From Bacteroidota bacterium (GTDB lineage: Bacteria > Bacteroidota > Bacteroidia > Bacteroidales > JAAYUG01): a stretch of 64,000 nt of DNA. Location of the stretch: NCBI GenBank assembly GCA_029571215.1, contig JAKPTE010000001.1, forward strand, positions 42,684 through 106,683. The letters are read 5' to 3'. Positions 59,520 to 64,000 of this stretch are shown here, piece by piece. How positions within the stretch are numbered: the stretch's first letter is position 1; every line of letters starts with the position of its first letter. A model generated the notes under the pieces. That model did not search any database. It saw nothing but the letters and a program-made list of their open reading frames with translations, and was not told where the DNA came from. The position numbers were made by a program, and so were the translations under genes.

Positions 59520-60430
59520 GGGCGGGATTGCAAAGTACTTTTGCGGAAAATCCATAAGGTCATCAGCGTTAAAAGAATACTCAGCAACACAATCGGAAGT
59601 TCTGGTTTTTCGGTCCCCATTTTTTCAAGTTGCTGCATCCCGGAGAAGAAATTTCCGAAATAGGCAAACAGAATGGCCATAGTATTGTTCAGAAAATGAA
59701 CAAGTATGGGATACCAGAGGGAGCGGCTGTATTCGAGCAGGTAACCAAACAGGGAACCAAGAATTATGCGGGGAAGAAACGTGAAGAACTGAAGATGCAG
59801 GGCTCCGAACAGGACAGAGGTAATCCATATTCCACCGTGCATATTCCTAACCAATCTGATAACCAGTTGCTGAACAACAGCACGAAAAAGCAATTCCTCT
59901 CCCAGGGCAGGAATCACCGCAATCATGAGGAGGTTAATCGGTAACTTGGATGCAGGGCGGTTCATGAAAGCTGAAGACACTTCATTGGCAAAGTTTTCCT
60001 TTTCCTGCATCCATGCGTCAATTTCTTTCATAAAATCAGGAAGGTGAATCTGGCTGTTCAGTTTTCCTGCATAATTGATCAGGGGCACCGAGAAAAAAAG
60101 CAAAGCAATTGAAAGCAAAATCCCAGCTATGTTGGGTTTTACTTTAATACACAATGAATCTGAAATATTGCCGGAAACAAGGTATGCATAAACGAATGGT
60201 GGTAAAACAAAGAGGCACACCGATTGAATTATTTGTAACATCTGGAGTACATCTACATACCTGCCTGCTTCACCAGAGGAAATTTTCTGAAGGACGGTTA
60301 AGTCATAGCCAGCAGAAGCCAACACGATTGTCGCTGCTATCGACGATAACACCCAGAAAAGAAGAAGAATGGCGGCCAGGAGCAACAGGTGGATTCTGAG
60401 AGGAGCCTCACGGAAGACGTAATGCCACAT
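59501..60430 (-). CDS. CPBP (Abi/CAAX) intramembrane glutamic protease
   Basis: EELLFR, FGALH, HFLNN; multiple TM segments. Confidence 0.92.
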   Translation of the reverse strand: MWHYVFREAPLRIHLLLLAAILLLFWVLSSIAATIVLASAGYDLTVLQKISSGEAGRYVDVLQMLQIIQSVCLFVLPPFVYAYLVSGNISDSLCIKVKPNIAGILLSIALLFFSVPLINYAGKLNSQIHLPDFMKEIDAWMQEKENFANEVSSAFMNRPASKLPINLLMIAVIPALGEELLFRAVVQQLVIRLVRNMHGGIWITSVLFGALHLQFFTFLPRIILGSLFGYLLEYSRSLWYPILVHFLNNTMAILFAYFGNFFSGMQQLEKMGTEKPELPIVLLSILLTLMTLWIFRKSTLQSRPYSTDT

Positions 60431-60443
60431 GGGGCAATTGTAT

Positions 60444-60462
60444 TAATTTTGCAGCAAATGTA
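60444..60462. promoter_or_regulatory. Face-to-face -7 elements for dusB (TAATTTTG, plus) and CPBP (TACATTTG, minus)
   Basis: Exact matches at 60444-60451 and 60455-60462 within a 40-bp spacer. Confidence 0.7.
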
Positions 60463-60470
60463 ACAAACAA

Positions 60471-61478
60471 TTGCTAAGCATAGGCAACATAAAAATTGAT
60501 CGTTACCCCCTGCTTCTTGCGCCCATGGAGGATGTGACTGATCCTACCTTCCGGATTATGTGCCGGGAATTTGGAGCTGATCTGGTTTATACCGAGTTTA
60601 TATCGTCGGATGGGCTGATACGGGGTGGCAAGAAAAGTGTTGATAAGCTGAACATACTGGATGAAGAACGACCGGCAGGAATTCAGCTTTACGGACATAT
60701 TCCGGAAGCCATGGCAGAAGCAGCGGCAATTGCAGAAAAGGCATACCCGGAACTTATTGATATAAACTTCGGATGCCCTGTAAGAAAAATTGCCGGTAGA
60801 GGAGCCGGAGCCGGGATGCTAAATAATATACCGGCGATGGTAGCGGTTACCGAATCGGTAATTAAGTCTACACAGCTTCCGGTTACGGTAAAAACGCGTT
60901 TGGGTTGGGATGAAACGCAAAAAAATATCCTCGAAATTGCCTTAATTCTTCAGGACCTGGGCATTAAGGCAATTACAATTCATGGACGTACCCGTTCGCA
61001 GATGTACAAAGGGAAAGCGGACTGGACTCTTATCGGGGAGGTTAAGCATCATCCTCTGATTCATATTCCCGTGATTGGCAACGGGGATATTGATTCTCCG
61101 GAGAAAGCAAAGGAGATGTTTGACCAGTATGGTGTTGACGGAATTATGATAGGGCGGGCGGCCATTGGGAGGCCCTGGATATTCAGAGAAATCAAACATT
61201 TCCTTCTTACGGGTGAAAAGCTGCCCGAGCCTTCGGTACGTGAAAAAGTCGAGTGGGCCAGGAGGCATTTTCTTCGATCAGTCGAATACAAAGGAATCCC
61301 CAGGGGCATATTTGAGATGCGGCGCCATTTTTCCAATTATTTTAAAGGACTTCCGGGATTCAAAGAAATACGGCTGAAGCTGGTTACCAGTGTGCAGGTT
61401 GATGAAATTCTCGGATTGCTTGATTTGATAGCCCTGAAATATGAAGGCTATGATTACTCTTCCGTTGAATCGGTTTGA
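60471..61478 (+). CDS. dusB: tRNA dihydrouridine synthase
   Basis: LAPM, DINFGCP, VKTRLG, IHGRTR, GNGDI, MIGR; TTG start. Confidence 0.95.
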   Translation: MLSIGNIKIDRYPLLLAPMEDVTDPTFRIMCREFGADLVYTEFISSDGLIRGGKKSVDKLNILDEERPAGIQLYGHIPEAMAEAAAIAEKAYPELIDINFGCPVRKIAGRGAGAGMLNNIPAMVAVTESVIKSTQLPVTVKTRLGWDETQKNILEIALILQDLGIKAITIHGRTRSQMYKGKADWTLIGEVKHHPLIHIPVIGNGDIDSPEKAKEMFDQYGVDGIMIGRAAIGRPWIFREIKHFLLTGEKLPEPSVREKVEWARRHFLRSVEYKGIPRGIFEMRRHFSNYFKGLPGFKEIRLKLVTSVQVDEILGLLDLIALKYEGYDYSSVESV

Positions 61479-63046
61479 AAATTCCGCCGGAACGGATAAT
61501 CAATATTGTAGTGCAATCCCCGGCTTTCCCTTCTATCTGTGGCATTTTTGATTACAAGATATCCGACGTTGATCAGGTTACGGAGTTCACATAACTGCCG
61601 TGATAGCTTCGATTTCTGATAGAGCTCTTCGGTTTCGCGGTAAATTATTTCAAGCCGGTCCAGTGCCCGTTTCAAACGAAGGTTTGATCTGACAATACCA
61701 ACGTAAAAGCTCATAATTTGCTGAACTTCTTTCAGATTTTGGGTAATCAGCACCATTTCTTCAGTAAGAGTAGTGCCTTCATCATTCCAGTGCGGAATGC
61801 CTTCAGGGATTTTGTATTGAGCAATATTTTCCAGGGCATGGGATGCTGCATGACGGGCAAAGACAATGGCTTCGAGCAATGAATTGGAAGCCAGACGGTT
61901 TGCTCCGTGAAGTCCTGTTGATGCGGTTTCACCAATAGCATATAACCGCTTTATCCAGCTTTCCCCGTTTTTGTTCACTTTTACACCTCCGCAAAAATAA
62001 TGTGCCGCGGGAACAACAGGGATGTAATCACGGGTTATATCAATGCCGATGGATCTGCATTTTTCGGTAATAGTTGGAAAGTGAGCAACCAGTGAATTGG
62101 GATCAAGATGGGTACAATCGAGGTAAACAAAATCATCTCCTCTGATTTTCATTTCATTATCAATAGCCCTTGCAACGATATCGCGGGGAGCGAGACTTCC
62201 TCTCTGATCATACCTGTGCATAAATTCTTTTCCGTCCTGTGTCCGCAGGATAGCTCCGAACCCTCGCAATGCTTCAGTAATTAAAAAAGCAGGCCTTTCA
62301 TTGGGGTTGTAAAGAGAAGTTGGATGGAACTGAACAAATTCCATATTTTCGATAATTCCCTTGGCGCGGTAAACCATGGCAATACCATCTCCTGTAGCCA
62401 CCGGAGGATTGGTTGTCACGTGGTAAACGTTGCCTGCTCCTCCGGTTGCTAGAACGGTAACTTTTGAGCGCAGGGTAAGAATCTCATTGGTTTTCAGATT
62501 CAGAACATAAGCGCCATAACATTCGATATCCGTCTGGTAGCGTTTTACAAGTTTTCCAAGGTGGTGCTGGGTAATCAGGTCGATAGCAAAATGATGTTCC
62601 AGGATCGTGATGTTGGGATGTGTCTTTGCCCGGGAACTAAGAGCTCTCTGGATTTCTTCCCCGGTTTTATCTTTATGGTGCAGAATTCTGTGTTCAGTAT
62701 GTCCGCCTTCACGGGCAAGATCGAATTCCCCTTTTTCATTGGTGTCAAAATGAGCACCCCAAGAAACCAGTTCCCTGATGCAGTCAGGTGCTTCGGTAAC
62801 TACCATGCGGACAATTTCTTCGTCACACAGTCCGTCACCGCATTCAATCGTATCCTTTATATGCTTTTCAAATGAATCAGGTGCATAGGTAACCGCTGCG
62901 ATTCCCCCCTGTGCATAGCGCGTATTTGTTTCATCGAGGGTACTTTTTGTAATCAGAGTTACTTTGCCGTATTGGGCAACACGGAGAGCAAAACTTAATC
63001 CTGCCAGACCTGTTCCAATTACCAGAAAATCAGTGTCCTGGTACAT
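61454..63046 (-). CDS. nadB: L-aspartate oxidase
   Basis: YAQGGIA, REGGH, QFHPT, LAPRDIVAR, HGANRLASNSLLE, ESRGLH. Confidence 0.97.
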   Translation of the reverse strand: MYQDTDFLVIGTGLAGLSFALRVAQYGKVTLITKSTLDETNTRYAQGGIAAVTYAPDSFEKHIKDTIECGDGLCDEEIVRMVVTEAPDCIRELVSWGAHFDTNEKGEFDLAREGGHTEHRILHHKDKTGEEIQRALSSRAKTHPNITILEHHFAIDLITQHHLGKLVKRYQTDIECYGAYVLNLKTNEILTLRSKVTVLATGGAGNVYHVTTNPPVATGDGIAMVYRAKGIIENMEFVQFHPTSLYNPNERPAFLITEALRGFGAILRTQDGKEFMHRYDQRGSLAPRDIVARAIDNEMKIRGDDFVYLDCTHLDPNSLVAHFPTITEKCRSIGIDITRDYIPVVPAAHYFCGGVKVNKNGESWIKRLYAIGETASTGLHGANRLASNSLLEAIVFARHAASHALENIAQYKIPEGIPHWNDEGTTLTEEMVLITQNLKEVQQIMSFYVGIVRSNLRLKRALDRLEIIYRETEELYQKSKLSRQLCELRNLINVGYLVIKNATDRRESRGLHYNIDYPFRRNFQTDSTEE

Positions 63047-64000
63047 TATTTGTTTTATATTTTCTTAATTTTAATACTACCGGAAGCAAAGGTAAACAAA
63101 TTACACCCAAAATTGCGAAAACAGATAAGTAAGAATGTACTGTTCCTCCGAGGCTGTATATTAAACCACCGGCAAAGGCTGCCCCGAAAATCTGTCCTGT
63201 GCTGGTGAAAAGTGTCAGGATACTCTGTCCCGAAGCCCTGCTTTCTTCGGTAGTTTCATTGTTGATAATATACCGCAGTGGAGCTCCCAGCAGGAAGGAA
63301 AGTCCAGCCCCAATTACCGAAGAGGAAACATAAAATGATGTTTTACTTAGTGCGAAAAAATAGAGGGAGAAAAGTCCTGATGCCAGGAGTATAATTCCAG
63401 CCAACAAGACAATTCTGACTTCTGTTCTGTCAATCAGTCTGCCAGCCACCGGGGAGAAGATGAACAAAGTTATCACAAGGGGAAGGAGCATAAAGCTGGC
63501 ATTTGATTCGGTGATATGGAAGGCATTAACTGCAAGGGAAGGCAGATAAACGGTGGAAATTTCCCCAAGCCCGGCGGTGAAAGCAATTAAATAGGTAATC
63601 AATAGCTGCTTTGAAGTAAGGAGAGACAGATTAAAAGTTGGAGATACAGAAGATTTTTGTTGGAAGTAAAACACTGGTAGAATTAAAACTGCCGCAATCA
63701 GGGAGGCTATTATCCGTGGTTCCAGTAAACTGTTCCAAAATCTGTTGGTATCAATCTGGTTCATTCCGTATGCAAAAAGGGAAAGAGAGGCAATCAGGAG
63801 GATCATTCCTTTCCAGTCGGGTCTATGCCATACATGTTTTTTTACTGAGGGTAACAGTTTCCAGGCATAGTAAATGATTATTAAGGCGAAAGGAATGTTA
63901 ATAATAAAAATCCATCTCCAGCCAAACGGAAGGAGAATGCCACCAAGAACAGGGCCAATGATAAACGCCAGGCCAAAAACTGCGCCGATCCATCCCAGTG
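63030..64000 (-). CDS. MFS transporter (DHA2-like), 5' end outside the window
   Basis: Frame open to the window edge: LGWIGAVFGLAFIIGPVLGG..WRWIFIINIP..DWKG. Confidence 0.88.
   Translation of the reverse strand, partial: LGWIGAVFGLAFIIGPVLGGILLPFGWRWIFIINIPFALIIIYYAWKLLPSVKKHVWHRPDWKGMILLIASLSLFAYGMNQIDTNRFWNSLLEPRIIASLIAAVLILPVFYFQQKSSVSPTFNLSLLTSKQLLITYLIAFTAGLGEISTVYLPSLAVNAFHITESNASFMLLPLVITLFIFSPVAGRLIDRTEVRIVLLAGIILLASGLFSLYFFALSKTSFYVSSSVIGAGLSFLLGAPLRYIINNETTEESRASGQSILTLFTSTGQIFGAAFAGGLIYSLGGTVHSYLSVFAILGVICLPLLPVVLKLRKYKTNNVPGH

Noticed and set aside
63807-64000. MFS gene as truncated pseudogene
   Set aside because: Frame stays open to the window edge; truncation is a window artefact
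1-64000. CRISPR arrays, cas genes, prophage, IS, defence systems
   Set aside because: No regularly spaced repeats or matching proteins seen; the CPBP/Abi protein is an ordinary membrane protease

Overview
64-kb chromosomal segment of a Bacteroidota bacterium, most likely an anaerobic Bacteroidales. Support: repeated TAnnTTTG -7 promoter elements, A-rich start contexts without Shine-Dalgarno sequences, a SusC/SusD pair, and Bacteroidales-type sdhCAB, DUF2723 and Reg_prop/Y_Y_Y proteins. It is mostly core genome; I see no CRISPR array, prophage, IS or rRNA. Contents: (i) a nitrogen/arginine block carB <- -> argR argG argH proB-like proB proA gltA gltB gltD, with a tandem ARG box and carA displaced 15 kb; (ii) housekeeping and envelope genes, including dxs, tRNA-Leu(CAA), dCMP deaminase, S41 peptidase, sdhCAB, two aminopeptidases P, dusB and nadB; (iii) an orphan susCD pair. 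Best leads: a ProB pseudo-kinase (amino-acid site kept, ATP site lost) beside intact proBA in an ArgR operon that lacks argBCD and proC in this window; a susC leader with three coupled mini-ORFs, AACC repeats and an intrinsic terminator; a catalytically dead GH16 with three helical repeats; a tandem SBP + propeller + PP2C sensor; an orphan Arm-DNA-binding-like protein; and two candidate structured RNAs. All calls rest on motif recognition by eye; no searches were run.
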